From: an uncultured Clostridia bacterium
GTDB taxonomy: Bacteria; Bacillota; Clostridia; Christensenellales; CAG-314
Length of the DNA: 64,000 bases
Direction: 5' to 3'
Assembly (NCBI GenBank): GCA_944336125.1
Contig: CALVLA010000004.1
Location: forward strand, 12,784 to 76,783
Under the pieces are notes generated by a model. The model did not search any database and had not been told where the DNA came from. It saw only the letters and a program-made list of their open reading frames with translations. Made by a program: the position numbers and the translations under genes. Below are positions 1-10,298 of this stretch, piece after piece. Each line of letters begins with the position of its first letter. Position 1 is the stretch's first letter.

Positions 1-1751
1 TGAGCGGCAAGTTCAAGTCCGTGGGAGTTGTAAATCAAGGTGTAGCCGGCAATACCCGTAGTCTTGTGATAAGCCTTGCAGAAGCCGCCGTCGATAACAA
101 GAAGTTTGCCTTCGGCTTTGATAGGATTTTCGCCGTCGATTTCTTTTACAGGCACGTGACCGTTGATGATGTGGCAGTGTTCTCCCTCGATACCGAAATC
201 TCTCAAAAGTTTTTCGCACCACTGTTTTTGCTGGCAAAGCTTGTAATAGCTGTTTTTCTGTTCATGGTGCCACTTTTTGTCGTCGATGTAAACGCGTTCG
301 AAAGTGGTCATTTTGTCCTTGCCGAAAAGCGGAGAAAGCTCGCCGCACCACAGATACCAAGCAAGGTCAAGGCAGTAAGTATTGGTTCTGCCCGCGGTGT
401 AAGCGACGTATGCCTGACGTACGCACTGTTCGCAGTAATCCATTAGTGATTTTCCGTAGTAAGACACGTTGCCCACCTTGAATTTTGCGTAATCGCCGTT
501 TTCGTCGAGAGGAATGCATCCGTGGAAAATGAGGTTGCCATTATAGATGTTGTAAAGCGCGCCCTTTTCGAAGAAGAAGTCAAGGTGTCTGCGAAGTTTT
601 TCGCTGCTGAGGAAGGATTTTTTAAGTCCGTTGAAAATACGTTCTTCCTCTTCGGTAAGTTTGTAAGGGTCGTTTTTGTCAATGGTAGGAAAATCGTTGG
701 AATTGAGTTGTACCTTAGTGCCGTTAATTTCGAGAGTACCGTTTTCGGTATCAAGCCTGTCGATAATAGGCGACATGTTGTACTCAGGATGCCTTTTGAT
801 AGTTTGAGCTTCCTTTTTGAGCATAATGAAGAAAATTGCTTTTCTCATTTTTGCACTGAGTTCGATGTCGTCCTTGCTGATTTTTTGTCCGGTAATCGAA
901 GGGTCGAAATGCTTGTCGTAAGACATGTATCTGTCTGCGTAAAAAGCAAGTTCTCTGAGGCTTATTCCGTAACCGCTTTCAAGCACGTCGGCGTTTCCGT
1001 ATTTGAGGGAAATAGTAACGACGTTTGCAATGCAGGCGTCCTGTCCCATTGCCGCGCCCATCCAAAGCATATCGTGATTGCCCCATTGAATGTCAAGCGA
1101 TTCCTGTTCGCAAAGCATATCGAGGATTTTTTCAGGAGCTTCACCCCTGTCGAAAATGTCGCCGACAATGTGGAGGTGATCCACGACGAGGTTTTTGATG
1201 ACGGTTGCGAGTGAAATTATGTAAGCCTCGGCCCTGCCCAGTTCGATAATGGCGTCAAAAATGCCGTTGTAATATTCTTCCTTGTTGAAATTTGTTCTGT
1301 CGACGTTGATAAGTTCTTCGATGATGTAACCGCAGTAAGCAGGAAGTTTTTTTCTTACCTTGCTGCGGGTATATTTTGACGCTACAAGCCTGCACACGTC
1401 GACAAGGCGGTAAAGATTTGTTTTGTACCACTCGTTGATGTTGTCGCCGCCGTGAACTTTCATTTCCTCGATAATCTGCTGAGGATAATAAATAAGCGTA
1501 GCGAATTTAGCCCTTTCGTTTTCAGGCAAAATTTTGTCGTAAAGCATATCCACTTTTTCGCGGATTGCGCCCGACTTGTTGTTCATGATATGGCAAAAAG
1601 CCTCGTACTCGCCGTGAAGGTCGCTGACAAAGTGTTCGGTTCCCTTCGGGAGTCGCAAAATTGCCTCAAGGTTAATAATTTCCGACGTAGCGGCTTGAAC
1701 GCTCGGATATTTTTCACCCAACAGTTCCAAGAATTTTTCGTTTTTAGTCAT
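1..1751 (-). CDS. fbp: Fructose-1,6-bisphosphatase class III (Firmicute type), 3' end runs off the window
   Basis: Absent from the ORF track because no stop falls in the window. Manual translation from ATG at 1751 gives MTKNEKFLELLGEKYP..IINLEAILRLPKGTEHFVSDLHGEYE, later HIVGDIFDRG, QWGNHD, WYLWCG..FGKDKMTTFER, INGHVPV and VIDGGF..TTGIAGYTLIYNSHG; the segments checked at 1751 and 443 share a frame. Confidence 0.95.
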   Translation of the reverse strand, partial: MTKNEKFLELLGEKYPSVQAATSEIINLEAILRLPKGTEHFVSDLHGEYEAFCHIMNNKSGAIREKVDMLYDKILPENERAKFATLIYYPQQIIEEMKVHGGDNINEWYKTNLYRLVDVCRLVASKYTRSKVRKKLPAYCGYIIEELINVDRTNFNKEEYYNGIFDAIIELGRAEAYIISLATVIKNLVVDHLHIVGDIFDRGEAPEKILDMLCEQESLDIQWGNHDMLWMGAAMGQDACIANVVTISLKYGNADVLESGYGISLRELAFYADRYMSYDKHFDPSITGQKISKDDIELSAKMRKAIFFIMLKKEAQTIKRHPEYNMSPIIDRLDTENGTLEINGTKVQLNSNDFPTIDKNDPYKLTEEEERIFNGLKKSFLSSEKLRRHLDFFFEKGALYNIYNGNLIFHGCIPLDENGDYAKFKVGNVSYYGKSLMDYCEQCVRQAYVAYTAGRTNTYCLDLAWYLWCGELSPLFGKDKMTTFERVYIDDKKWHHEQKNSYYKLCQQKQWCEKLLRDFGIEGEHCHIINGHVPVKEIDGENPIKAEGKLLVIDGGFCKAYHKTTGIAGYTLIYNSHGLELAA

Positions 1752-1806
1752 TTCAACCTCGTATACAAAGAGAGTGACAAATTCGCCACTCTCTGATTGT
1801 CAAAAA

Positions 1807-3636
1807 TTATTTAAGCTCGCGTTCTTTAGGTCTGACGAATATCAACACGATAATGCCTGTGCCGGCGAGGCAGGCAACAACGATGAGAGCGACTCGCAGG
1901 AAATCGTTGAACGGGTTGTTTGAGTAATCCGGAGTACCTTCCACCACTTTAACGATGGTTTCGACTTCTTCTGCGACGTTGCCATCGAGGTCGCGCGCCT
2001 GATAAACGATTACGAATGAGCCGTCAAGGTCAGCGGCGGTAAGTTCTTTCGGAGTAAGCACGCCGTCTTTAAGAATGCTGTCCTCGTAACCTTCTTCGCC
2101 CTCTTTAATGTTTTTAATTTCCGCGCCGCGTGAGCCGTCGGCGTTGAGGTAATAAAGTTTCCAAGTCGAGTAAGCTGTGTCCACACCCGACGCGTTGTCG
2201 GTAATAGTTCCCGTAGGAATTGTGTATTTCTGGTTTACGTCAATTTCGACGGAAGACTCAACAGTGATTGTAGGCGGAGTTTCGTCAAACACTCTGAAGG
2301 CGAAAGGTTCGCTTTCTGTAATGTTGCCTGCAGGATCGGTAAACTTGTATCTGAAATACCAAGTACCGGTTTTGTTGAGTTTAACGGCGTATGACGAAGC
2401 ATAAGTAAATTCGCCGCTTGAACCCGGAGCAAGGTAACCCACCTGAATTTTTACGTTGGAGTAATCGTCGAGTCCGTCGGTAACGGTAACTATTCTCGAA
2501 AATTCTTCTGAGTCGATGTGAGGGAATTCAAAGGTGTTGCCCTCTGTGCTTGCTACGAGGTGGTCAACCTTCAAAACTTCCGCATTTGAAATAAAGCTTT
2601 TGAAAGCCTCGTCGTTTACGGTAACTTCCGCAGTATCCTTTTTAGCAGTAACCTTTAAAGTGATGAGCGGATTTTCGTCTGACTTCAAAGCGTAAATTTT
2701 AATTGTATAAACAGAGCCTTCGGAGCCGATTGCCTGCGAAGTTTTGCCTTCGACTTTTTCGCCTTCCGCTCCGTCCTGAGTAACGGATACAGCCCAACCT
2801 GTTCCCAAGATGTCAAGACAGAAGTAAGGGAAACCGTAAGTCGAATCGGCAGCGGCGTTTACCGCAACGTTAACCGCACTGTCAGATTTGACGATTTGGT
2901 CTTTGCCGTCTTCTTTAGGGATGACTACGGGAGCAATTCTGTTTTCGCCCTCGAATTTGCTGTTTGCAGTAACAAGGGTCTGCGTTCCGTTTGAGCTTTT
3001 GATTGATTTGATTTGAATGACCGCGTCGTTGTCTTCCTCATCGCCTGAAACGCCCTTTACGCCGAAAGACATGTCGGCAATGTTTTTGTAGAATGAAAGC
3101 GTTTTGATGTCGCCTGAGTTAAGTGTAACGCCGTTGAGCGAAAAAGCCCTCGAATTTTTGTCGTAAGACAAAGTAAGACCGGTTTCCGAACTCAAGCTGT
3201 CAGAGCTTACGGTAGTAGCGGCAAAAGCGGTTTCGACGTGGTTGTTATCCTGCATTTTGTAGGAAATTTTTCCGTCTTGAACTTTAAAGGAAAGCTGAAC
3301 CCACTTCGTGTCGTTGTCGTTGTCGGTAAACTTGAACCAGAACTCATCGAAATTTACGCTGTCAAATCTGAAGTTGACTGCAAAGTCGTTCATATCCAAA
3401 GCGTTTTTGTAGCTTGCGGAACTGTCTTTGCTTGCTTTTTCAAAGGTAATTTGCAAGCCGTTTGACAATGACGAAGTAATTTTTGACGAGCCGTCGCCTG
3501 TTGAAGCGAGAGTTGAACCGTAGTAATATTTAACGGTTTCCGCCGCAAAAACGGAGTTGTCCGACAGCACTGCGACAGACGCCGAAAACATCATAAGGAA
3601 AGCGCAAATCACGCCAAGCAGTTTTTTACTTTTCAT
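1807..3636 (-). CDS. Secreted, membrane-anchored surface protein with Ig-like repeats
   Basis: Start after a GGAGGAG RBS (MKSKKLLG); N-terminal signal peptide; DPAGN..DETPPTI and TDNASGVD Ig-like motifs; C-terminal TM helix followed by a basic tail. Confidence 0.7.
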   Translation of the reverse strand: MKSKKLLGVICAFLMMFSASVAVLSDNSVFAAETVKYYYGSTLASTGDGSSKITSSLSNGLQITFEKASKDSSASYKNALDMNDFAVNFRFDSVNFDEFWFKFTDNDNDTKWVQLSFKVQDGKISYKMQDNNHVETAFAATTVSSDSLSSETGLTLSYDKNSRAFSLNGVTLNSGDIKTLSFYKNIADMSFGVKGVSGDEEDNDAVIQIKSIKSSNGTQTLVTANSKFEGENRIAPVVIPKEDGKDQIVKSDSAVNVAVNAAADSTYGFPYFCLDILGTGWAVSVTQDGAEGEKVEGKTSQAIGSEGSVYTIKIYALKSDENPLITLKVTAKKDTAEVTVNDEAFKSFISNAEVLKVDHLVASTEGNTFEFPHIDSEEFSRIVTVTDGLDDYSNVKIQVGYLAPGSSGEFTYASSYAVKLNKTGTWYFRYKFTDPAGNITESEPFAFRVFDETPPTITVESSVEIDVNQKYTIPTGTITDNASGVDTAYSTWKLYYLNADGSRGAEIKNIKEGEEGYEDSILKDGVLTPKELTAADLDGSFVIVYQARDLDGNVAEEVETIVKVVEGTPDYSNNPFNDFLRVALIVVACLAGTGIIVLIFVRPKERELK

Positions 3637-3799
3637 ATATAAAACTCCTCCGAGTTTGTAACTCATATGCTTCAATATTTTACATTCAAAGGGCGACGTT
3701 TGTCAATTAAAAGGCGTAAAAGAAAGGCATCAAAAGTAAATTAACGCTAAAAACACCAAAATTTTTGACACTACATAGGATAAACCGAAGGACTTTTTA

Positions 3800-4336
3800 T
3801 TGGCGGCTATGAATTTTTATATATTTTTGGGAGCGACGGCGCTTGCGGTAAGTCTCGACAGCGGATTTGCCGGTTTTGCGATGGGGATGAAGACTGAAAG
3901 ATACTGGGCAGGCTTTCCGCTGGCAGTTGCGGCAATCACGCTGCTTCTTTGCGTAATTGCGGTAAAAGCGGGTGAAATTTTAGACGGACTGTTGGGAGAC
4001 TTCGTTACCTTTGCAGGCGTTGCGGTACTGGCGCTTGTAGGTATAATCAACTTTTTCAAATCTGAAAAATGCGAAATATCCTTCAGACCTACGCTAAAAG
4101 AAAGCCTGCTTATCGGAGCCGCCGTAGGAACAGACGCCGCGGCGGCAAACTTTTCGCTTTGCCTTATGGGACACACATCCCTTTTGATTCCCCTGCTTTT
4201 TGCCGTCACGCACTTTATCACGGTTTCGGCAGGCTTTTTCCTCGCAAACCGTTCGTTTTTAAAAAATCTCAAACACACAAACAAGTTTGCAGGGTTGCTG
4301 CTTGTGAGCCTTGCCCTATTCAAACTTTTCGGTTAA
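3800..4336 (+). CDS. MntP/YtaF family membrane protein
   Basis: Duplicated motif ALAVSLDS..G / GAAVGTDAAA..FS and about 6 hydrophobic segments. Confidence 0.75.
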   Translation: MAAMNFYIFLGATALAVSLDSGFAGFAMGMKTERYWAGFPLAVAAITLLLCVIAVKAGEILDGLLGDFVTFAGVAVLALVGIINFFKSEKCEISFRPTLKESLLIGAAVGTDAAAANFSLCLMGHTSLLIPLLFAVTHFITVSAGFFLANRSFLKNLKHTNKFAGLLLVSLALFKLFG

Positions 4337-4362
4337 AAAAAACACGGCAATTTGCCGTGTTT

Positions 4363-5079
4363 TTACATTGAGTAATTTTCGATATATTTTTTAAGTTCAA
4401 ACTTTTTCCAAGGTTCTTTGTCCTCAGGAGGATAAGCAACAAACACCATGCTGTCGCCTGTAACGGGATGAGTAAATTTCAGCTCATACGCCCACAAAGC
4501 AAGGTTGCTTCCCTTTGAAAGTTTGTCGCCGTACTTAACGTCGCCGAAAAGCGGACAGTTTTGCGCCGCCATCTGCACGCGAATCTGATGACTGCGTCCC
4601 GTTTCCAGTGAAACTTTGACAAGGGTAATTGCTCCCTTGCTTTCAAGCTGACGGTATTTCAAAACGGCTTTTTTTGCTCCTTCGGTAAGGCTCGTGGCTA
4701 TGTAAACGGTGTTGGTGTTGGGATTTTTTTTCAGCCAGTTGACAAGCTCGCCGCTTTCGTTTTTAAGGCTGCCGTTAATTACCGCGAGATAGTTTTTTTC
4801 CACTTCGCGCTCGCGAATTGCCGCGCAAAGCCTGTCTGCGGCTTTTGACGTCTTGGCAAACACCATTACGCCGCCGGTTGGCCTGTCAAGCCTGTGGACA
4901 AGTCCGAGATAAACGTCGCCCGGCTTTTGATATTTTTCCTTAAGCCAGTTTTTAAGGACGTTCAGCAAATCGTCGTCTTTCGAGCTGTCTTCCATAACGG
5001 GCATATTTTGCGGTTTGACCACCACAAGCAAATGGTTGTCCTCGTACAATACGCTTACGTCATCCATTGAAAAAAGCAT
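4363..5079 (-). CDS. RluA/RluD family pseudouridine synthase
   Basis: LYEDNHLLVVVKP, VHRLDRPTGG and LETGRSHQIRVQ motifs; start overlaps the upstream stop (TAATG). Confidence 0.92.
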   Translation of the reverse strand: MLFSMDDVSVLYEDNHLLVVVKPQNMPVMEDSSKDDDLLNVLKNWLKEKYQKPGDVYLGLVHRLDRPTGGVMVFAKTSKAADRLCAAIREREVEKNYLAVINGSLKNESGELVNWLKKNPNTNTVYIATSLTEGAKKAVLKYRQLESKGAITLVKVSLETGRSHQIRVQMAAQNCPLFGDVKYGDKLSKGSNLALWAYELKFTHPVTGDSMVFVAYPPEDKEPWKKFELKKYIENYSM

Positions 5080-5942
5080 TAGGTTTCTCCCTGCCAGATA
5101 CCGCTGGCGCCGCACGGCAACACGATACCCTCGTCGGTATCCAGACAAACTTCGTAGCTGTCTGTTTTGCCCTTGCGGTTTTTCATCGTCATTTTTAGTA
5201 TGTTGTTCAAAACCGCGGGTTGAAGTCCCGTGGTGTAACTGTTAATCAGCACAAAAAGCGGATTGTCCGAAAGCACCTGTTCGCAAAGTTGCATGAAGTC
5301 GAACAAATCGTTTTCGATCTTCCAGATTTCGCCGTTGGAGCCCCTTCCGTAACTAGGCGGATCGAGAATTATGGCGTCGTACTTTTTGCCTCGCCTGATT
5401 TCGCGCATGACAAACTTTTTACAGTCGTCTACTATGAAACGCGCCTTGTCAAAACTAAGTCCGGAAAGGGAAATGTTTTCCTTCGCGCGCTCCACCATAT
5501 TTTTGGCAGCGTCCACGTGGCATACGCTTGCTCCCGCCGAAAGGCAGGCAACGGTAGCCCCGCCGGTGTAAGCAAAAAGGTTAAGCACGTTTATCGGACG
5601 GTTTGCTTTTTTGATGAGGTCAATCATCATGTCCCAGTTTGCCGCCTGTTCGGGGAAAAGCCCCGTGTGCTTAAATCCCATGGGTTTGACGCGAAACTTA
5701 AGGTCGCGCCACCCCACAACCCAGCTTTCCGGCATAGGCTTGAGATATTCCCAATGTCCTCCGCCGGTGTCGCTGCGTAAATATTTTGCGTTAAGCTTGG
5801 GAAACTTTTCGAGGTTTTTTTCCGTTTTCCAGATGACCTGCGGGTCAGGCCTTAAAAGGTAAACGTCTTTCCACCTTTCAAGCTTCATTCCGTCGCTTGT
5901 CGCGAGTATTTGATAATCTTTCCACTCTTTGTTTATTTTCAT
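5079..5942 (-). CDS. Class I SAM-dependent methyltransferase (RlmI/RlmK-like)
   Basis: HTGLFPEQ, VLNLFAYTGG and IILDPPSYG motifs; start overlaps the ileS stop. Confidence 0.85.
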   Translation of the reverse strand: MKINKEWKDYQILATSDGMKLERWKDVYLLRPDPQVIWKTEKNLEKFPKLNAKYLRSDTGGGHWEYLKPMPESWVVGWRDLKFRVKPMGFKHTGLFPEQAANWDMMIDLIKKANRPINVLNLFAYTGGATVACLSAGASVCHVDAAKNMVERAKENISLSGLSFDKARFIVDDCKKFVMREIRRGKKYDAIILDPPSYGRGSNGEIWKIENDLFDFMQLCEQVLSDNPLFVLINSYTTGLQPAVLNNILKMTMKNRKGKTDSYEVCLDTDEGIVLPCGASGIWQGET

Positions 5943-8900
5943 TTTACCTGTGTGAGAGAGATGGTTACTTCTTCGCCGTTGATGTCCCACACCTTGGAAA
6001 CCTGACCTTCGCTTCCCTCTTTGATGCTGTCGCAAAGAGTGTCAGCCATGATTTCCTTTCCGCGTTTGACGAATACGTCCTTAGCCTTGCCCTTTGCGAC
6101 AAACTGCAAAGTGATGTGGTCGGTTACGTTGAAGTCGCTTTCCTTTCTCATTGTCTGCACTTTGGAAACGATTTCCCTTGCGATACCCTCTTCGATAAGG
6201 TCTTGATCAAGCGAAGTGTCGAGAGCAACCGTTACGCCCTTGTCGGAAACTGTTTCAAAACCGTCTCTGTTTTTGGAAGAAATGAGAAGGTCTGCCTCGG
6301 TAAGCTCAACGGTTTTTCCGTCGATTTCGGTAACGTATGCCTTGCCGCTTCTGACGGTGTTAACCACTTCGTCGGCGTTGCACTCGGTCAAGAACACTTT
6401 GATTTTTCCGAGGAGAGCGCCGTATTTAGGACCGATTGTCCTCATTTGAGGTTTAAGTTCGTAACCGGCAAAAGCGCTTGCGTCTTTTGCGTATTTGACT
6501 TGTTTTACGTTAAGCTCGTCGGCGAGAATGTCGGTAAGTTCCTTTGAAAACTCTTCGCCGTCGGACACTATGAACAACTGCGAAAGCGGTTGTCTGTTTT
6601 TGATGTTTGCGGAGTTTCTTGCGCTTCTGCCGAGAACAACTACGTCCATGAGTTTTTCCATGTCTTTTTCAAGTTTGACGTCAATCATACTTTCGTCGCA
6701 GACAGGGAAAGTAGTCAGGTGAACGGATTCAGGAGCGTTTTTGTCAACGCTTTTAACAAGGTTTTGATAAATGCTTTCCGCCATAAACGGAACGTAAGGA
6801 GCGAGAAGTCTTGACAAAGTCACGAGAACGTGGTCAAGCGTCATGTAAGCCGCTTTTTTGTCCTCAGTCATTTCGCTGCCCCAGTACCTTTCGCGGCAGC
6901 GGCGGACGTACCAGTTGGAAAGAACGTCCACAAACTCTTCGATCTTTCTCGCGGTTTCGGTGATTTGATATTTGTCAAGTCCCTCGTCAACGAATTTGAT
7001 GAGCGAGTTGAGTTCCGACAAAATCCATTTGTCCATAACCGTCAAAGCGCAGTCTTTGAGGTTTATGCCGGTCGGGTCAAACTTGTCGATGTCGGCATAA
7101 AGCACGAAAAACGCATAGGTATTCCACAAAGTGCCCATAAAGCGTCTTTGCGCTTCGGAAACGGCGTCGGCGTAAAATCTGCTAGGAAGCCAAGGCGCGC
7201 TTGAAGTGTAGAAGTACCACCTTACCGCGTCGGCGCCCTGTTTGTCGAGTACCGTCCACGGATCGACTACGTTTCCTTTGTGTTTGGACATTTTTTGTCC
7301 GTCCTTGTCGTTGACGTGACCCAAAACGATACAGTTTTTGAAAGGCGCTTTGTCAAAAATCAGGGTAGATACGGCAAGCAATGTGTAAAACCAGCCCCTT
7401 GTCTGGTCAACCGCTTCGGAAATGAAGTCGGCAGGGAAGTTCTTTTCAAACAATTCCTTGTTTTCGAAAGGATAATGGAATTGGGCAAAAGGCATCGAGC
7501 CGCTGTCGTACCAGCAGTCAATAACTTCGGGTTCTCTCACAAAAGTACCGCCGCACTCACACTGCCATTTGCAGTCGTCGATGTATGGCCTGTGAAGTTC
7601 GATGTCACCTTTTATGCCGCAAAGGTTTTTGAGTTCTTCCTTGCTTCCGATTACGTGAATTTTGCCGCATTTGTTGCAAACCCAGACAGGAAGCGGAGTA
7701 CCCCAGTATCTTTCACGCGAAATGCCCCAGTCGATGAGGTTTTCGAGGAAGTTTCCCATACGTCCGGTGCCGATTGTAGGAGGCATCCAGTTGACGCTGT
7801 TGTTGCTGTTTATGATACGGTCTTTGATTGCGGTAACTTTGATAAACCAGCTTTTGCGAGCGTAATAAATGAGCGGAGTGTCGCATCTCCAGCAAAAAGG
7901 ATAGCTGTGCTCGAACATAAGCTCTTTGAAAAGAAGTCCTGTGTCAGCGAGTTTTTTAAGCACGAGCTTGTCGGCGTCTTTCACAAACACGCCCTTCATG
8001 TCGTAAACTTCTTCGGTCATGCAGCCGTCTGCGCCTACGAGCTGAACGAAAGGCAGGTTGTATTTGAGGGAAACTCTCGCGTCGTCCTCACCGAAAGCAG
8101 GCGCGATGTGAACGATACCGGTACCGTCGGTAAGGGTTACGTAATCGTCACAGATGACTTTGTAAGCATTTTCAGGATTTACATAGTCGAAAAGCGGAAT
8201 ATATTTTCTGAGTTCAAGCTGTTTGCCCTTTACGGTTTCGACCTTTTCGTAAGTTCCTTCCTCAAAGCAGGTAGGAATAAGGGCGTCCGCCATAATGAAA
8301 TATTCGTCGCCGCATTTGAGTTTTGTGTAGTCCTCGTTTGCGTTTACGCAAAGACCCACGTTTGAAGGCAATGTCCAAGGAGTGGTCGTCCATGCGAGGT
8401 AGTAAGTGTTTTCCTCGTCGGCAGCTTTAAACTTCGCGATTACGGATTTTTCTTTAACGTCCTTGTAGCCTTGAGCGACTTCGTGGCTTGAAAGAGCCGT
8501 TCCGCAGCGAGGGCAGTAAGGAACGATTTTGTGTCCTTTGTAAAGGAGTCCTTTGTCGAAAATCTGTTTAAGGCTCCACCAAACCGACTCGATGTACTTG
8601 TCGTCGTATGTGATGTAAGGGTTTTCCATGTCGACCCAGTAACCCACGCGGTCGCTCATTTTTTCCCATTCGCCTTTGTATTTCCAAACCGACTCCTTGC
8701 ACTTTTTGATAAAAGGCTCGATACCGTAGTTTTCGATTTCCTTTTTGCCGTCGATGCCCAAAAGCTTTTCAACTTCCAACTCGACAGGAAGACCGTGAGT
8801 ATCCCAGCCTGCTTTGCGCAGTACGGTGTAGCCCTTCATCTGTTTGTAGCGAGGGATAATATCTTTCATGACACGGGTGAGAATATGCCCGATGTGAGGT

Positions 8901-9058
8901 TTTCCGTTAGCGGTAGGCGGCCCGTCGTAAAATGAAAAAACGGGTTTGCCGTCTGTATCTTCGGCAGTTTGTTCGAAGATGCGGTTTTCTTTCCAGAATG
9001 TGAGGATGTCCTTTTCCCTGGAGATAAAATCAAGTCCGGTGTCAACTTTTTTGTACAT
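5939..9058 (-). CDS. ileS: Isoleucine--tRNA ligase
   Basis: GPPTANGKPHIGH (HIGH) and KMSKH motifs; real start MYKKVD follows an AAGGAG RBS. Confidence 0.97.
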   Translation of the reverse strand: MYKKVDTGLDFISREKDILTFWKENRIFEQTAEDTDGKPVFSFYDGPPTANGKPHIGHILTRVMKDIIPRYKQMKGYTVLRKAGWDTHGLPVELEVEKLLGIDGKKEIENYGIEPFIKKCKESVWKYKGEWEKMSDRVGYWVDMENPYITYDDKYIESVWWSLKQIFDKGLLYKGHKIVPYCPRCGTALSSHEVAQGYKDVKEKSVIAKFKAADEENTYYLAWTTTPWTLPSNVGLCVNANEDYTKLKCGDEYFIMADALIPTCFEEGTYEKVETVKGKQLELRKYIPLFDYVNPENAYKVICDDYVTLTDGTGIVHIAPAFGEDDARVSLKYNLPFVQLVGADGCMTEEVYDMKGVFVKDADKLVLKKLADTGLLFKELMFEHSYPFCWRCDTPLIYYARKSWFIKVTAIKDRIINSNNSVNWMPPTIGTGRMGNFLENLIDWGISRERYWGTPLPVWVCNKCGKIHVIGSKEELKNLCGIKGDIELHRPYIDDCKWQCECGGTFVREPEVIDCWYDSGSMPFAQFHYPFENKELFEKNFPADFISEAVDQTRGWFYTLLAVSTLIFDKAPFKNCIVLGHVNDKDGQKMSKHKGNVVDPWTVLDKQGADAVRWYFYTSSAPWLPSRFYADAVSEAQRRFMGTLWNTYAFFVLYADIDKFDPTGINLKDCALTVMDKWILSELNSLIKFVDEGLDKYQITETARKIEEFVDVLSNWYVRRCRERYWGSEMTEDKKAAYMTLDHVLVTLSRLLAPYVPFMAESIYQNLVKSVDKNAPESVHLTTFPVCDESMIDVKLEKDMEKLMDVVVLGRSARNSANIKNRQPLSQLFIVSDGEEFSKELTDILADELNVKQVKYAKDASAFAGYELKPQMRTIGPKYGALLGKIKVFLTECNADEVVNTVRSGKAYVTEIDGKTVELTEADLLISSKNRDGFETVSDKGVTVALDTSLDQDLIEEGIAREIVSKVQTMRKESDFNVTDHITLQFVAKGKAKDVFVKRGKEIMADTLCDSIKEGSEGQVSKVWDINGEEVTISLTQVK

Positions 9059-9064
9059 AGTAAA

Positions 9065-9290
9065 CTCCTTAATAAAAAAATGCCCGTTGTCTAGACCAAC
9101 AGGCACCACTAAACATATACAATCATATAGTTTCCCTTTAACGGAGGAAAGGCGCGTCCGCTTACTCAATTTGGGCGGCCGAGCTAACGCGGTGATAATT
9201 TTTTGAGGGAAGATGCGTATTTGCACCAGACAACGCTCTCTGAAAACTTCCTTGTCGAAAAACCGTGTCCGCGGTCAAAGCTTTTTAACT
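9065..9290 (-). promoter_or_regulatory. T-box riboswitch, Ile specifier (AUC)
   Basis: Minus strand: CAGAGAG, GGTGCAA, specifier ATC-A at 9194-9196 before the CCGC stem base, CCGTTA box, TGGT bulge, and a terminator TGCCTGTTG..CAACGGGCA followed by T7. Confidence 0.75.
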
Positions 9291-9364
9291 ATTCAGCTAA
9301 AATATTTTACAAAAATAAACGAAAAATGTAAAGCGAAATGAAGCGAAAGGCAGTTTAAAAGTAA

Positions 9365-9916
9365 TCAGTCCTGCTTCATGTCGTAGCTGTCAAACACTTC
9401 GCCGTCCAGGTCCTTAAACAAAAACAGACCGTTTTCCAAAGTCAGGTATGAGTGTCTGCTGTTTTGTTTTGGAATCGAAACCGAGCCGCAGTTGATGTAA
9501 ACAAAAGTATTGGTAACGATTTTGGCAGGCACGTGAGTATGCCCGTGCAAAAGCACGTCCCCTTTGTTTAAAAGCGGCGGATTGTCAAGGTTGTACCTGT
9601 GACCGTGAGTTGCGAAAATGGTTTTTCCGCACTGCTCGATTAAGCCGTAATCTGCCATAATGGGAAAGTTAAGCACCATTTGGTCCACTTCGCAGTCGCA
9701 GTTTCCCCTTACGCAAAAAATTTTGTCGCGAAGTCCGTTGAGCATGTCGATGACCTTTTTTGGAGCGTAAACGTCAGGCAGGTCGTTGCGCGGTCCGTGA
9801 TAAAGCAAATCGCCCAAAAGCAAAAGTTTGTCGGCTTTTTCCCTGTGAAATGCATCGACAAGTTTTGTGCAGAAATACTCTGAACCGTGAATGTCCGAAG
9901 CAATCAAAAATTTCAT
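9365..9916 (-). CDS. yfcE: YfcE-family metallophosphoesterase (phosphodiesterase)
   Basis: ASDIHGS, LLGDLLYHGPRN, VRGNCD and HGHTH motifs. Confidence 0.9.
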   Translation of the reverse strand: MKFLIASDIHGSEYFCTKLVDAFHREKADKLLLLGDLLYHGPRNDLPDVYAPKKVIDMLNGLRDKIFCVRGNCDCEVDQMVLNFPIMADYGLIEQCGKTIFATHGHRYNLDNPPLLNKGDVLLHGHTHVPAKIVTNTFVYINCGSVSIPKQNSRHSYLTLENGLFLFKDLDGEVFDSYDMKQD

Positions 9917-9995
9917 AAATCACCTTTTATTTAAAAAATTATACCACAAAAAAGGGTTTTCAACAATTGATTTTAAAAAGCGACAAAGATTTGTG

Positions 9996-10024
9996 TTGCA
10001 AAAACAGCGGTTTTGATTTATAAT
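9996..10024 (+). promoter_or_regulatory. Sigma-A promoter of the SRP RNA
   Basis: TTGCAA-17 nt-TATAAT, 7 nt before the RNA 5' end. Confidence 0.85.
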
Positions 10025-10030
10025 GTCACT

Positions 10031-10296
10031 ACTGTGCTAGGTGGGGAGCCAGCGGTGCCCTGAACCCGCAATCCGCTACAGCGGGGCTGAAAGCCGGCCG
10101 AGGCTTGGTTTTGGAGGGTATGGAACCGATAAGGAGTGTTGATAACAAGGTCCCGTGCAACAGTGCACTGTGAACCATGTCAGGGCGGGAACGCAGCAGC
10201 ATTAAGCAGACCGTACTGTGTGCCACGGGGAAACTTTGCAGTAGCCACCTGTCGGGATACCTCCTCGGGGATTTAAGTCGACGCCGGAAGCACGGT
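10031..10296 (+). ncRNA. ffs: Large (Firmicute-type) SRP RNA
   Basis: Alu-like 5' GTGCTAGGTGGGGAGCCAGCGGTGCCCTG..GCAATCCGCT; helix 8 TCAGGGCGGGAACGCAGCAGC; the ends ACTGTGCT and AGCACGGT can pair. Confidence 0.92.
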
Positions 10297-10298
10297 TT

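Noticed and set aside
21-1796. Plus-strand ORFs 21..446, 522..1214 and 1452..1796, and minus-strand 443..754
   Set aside because: Shadow ORFs of the fbp gene, which is in another frame on the minus strand. The same applies to the many plus-strand ORFs opposite ileS, rnr, mfd and others.
10170-10205. SRP helix 8 differs from the E. coli-type TCAGGTCCGGAAGGAAGCAGC
   Set aside because: The changes are compensatory (GCG-GGAA-CGC) and the structure is preserved.
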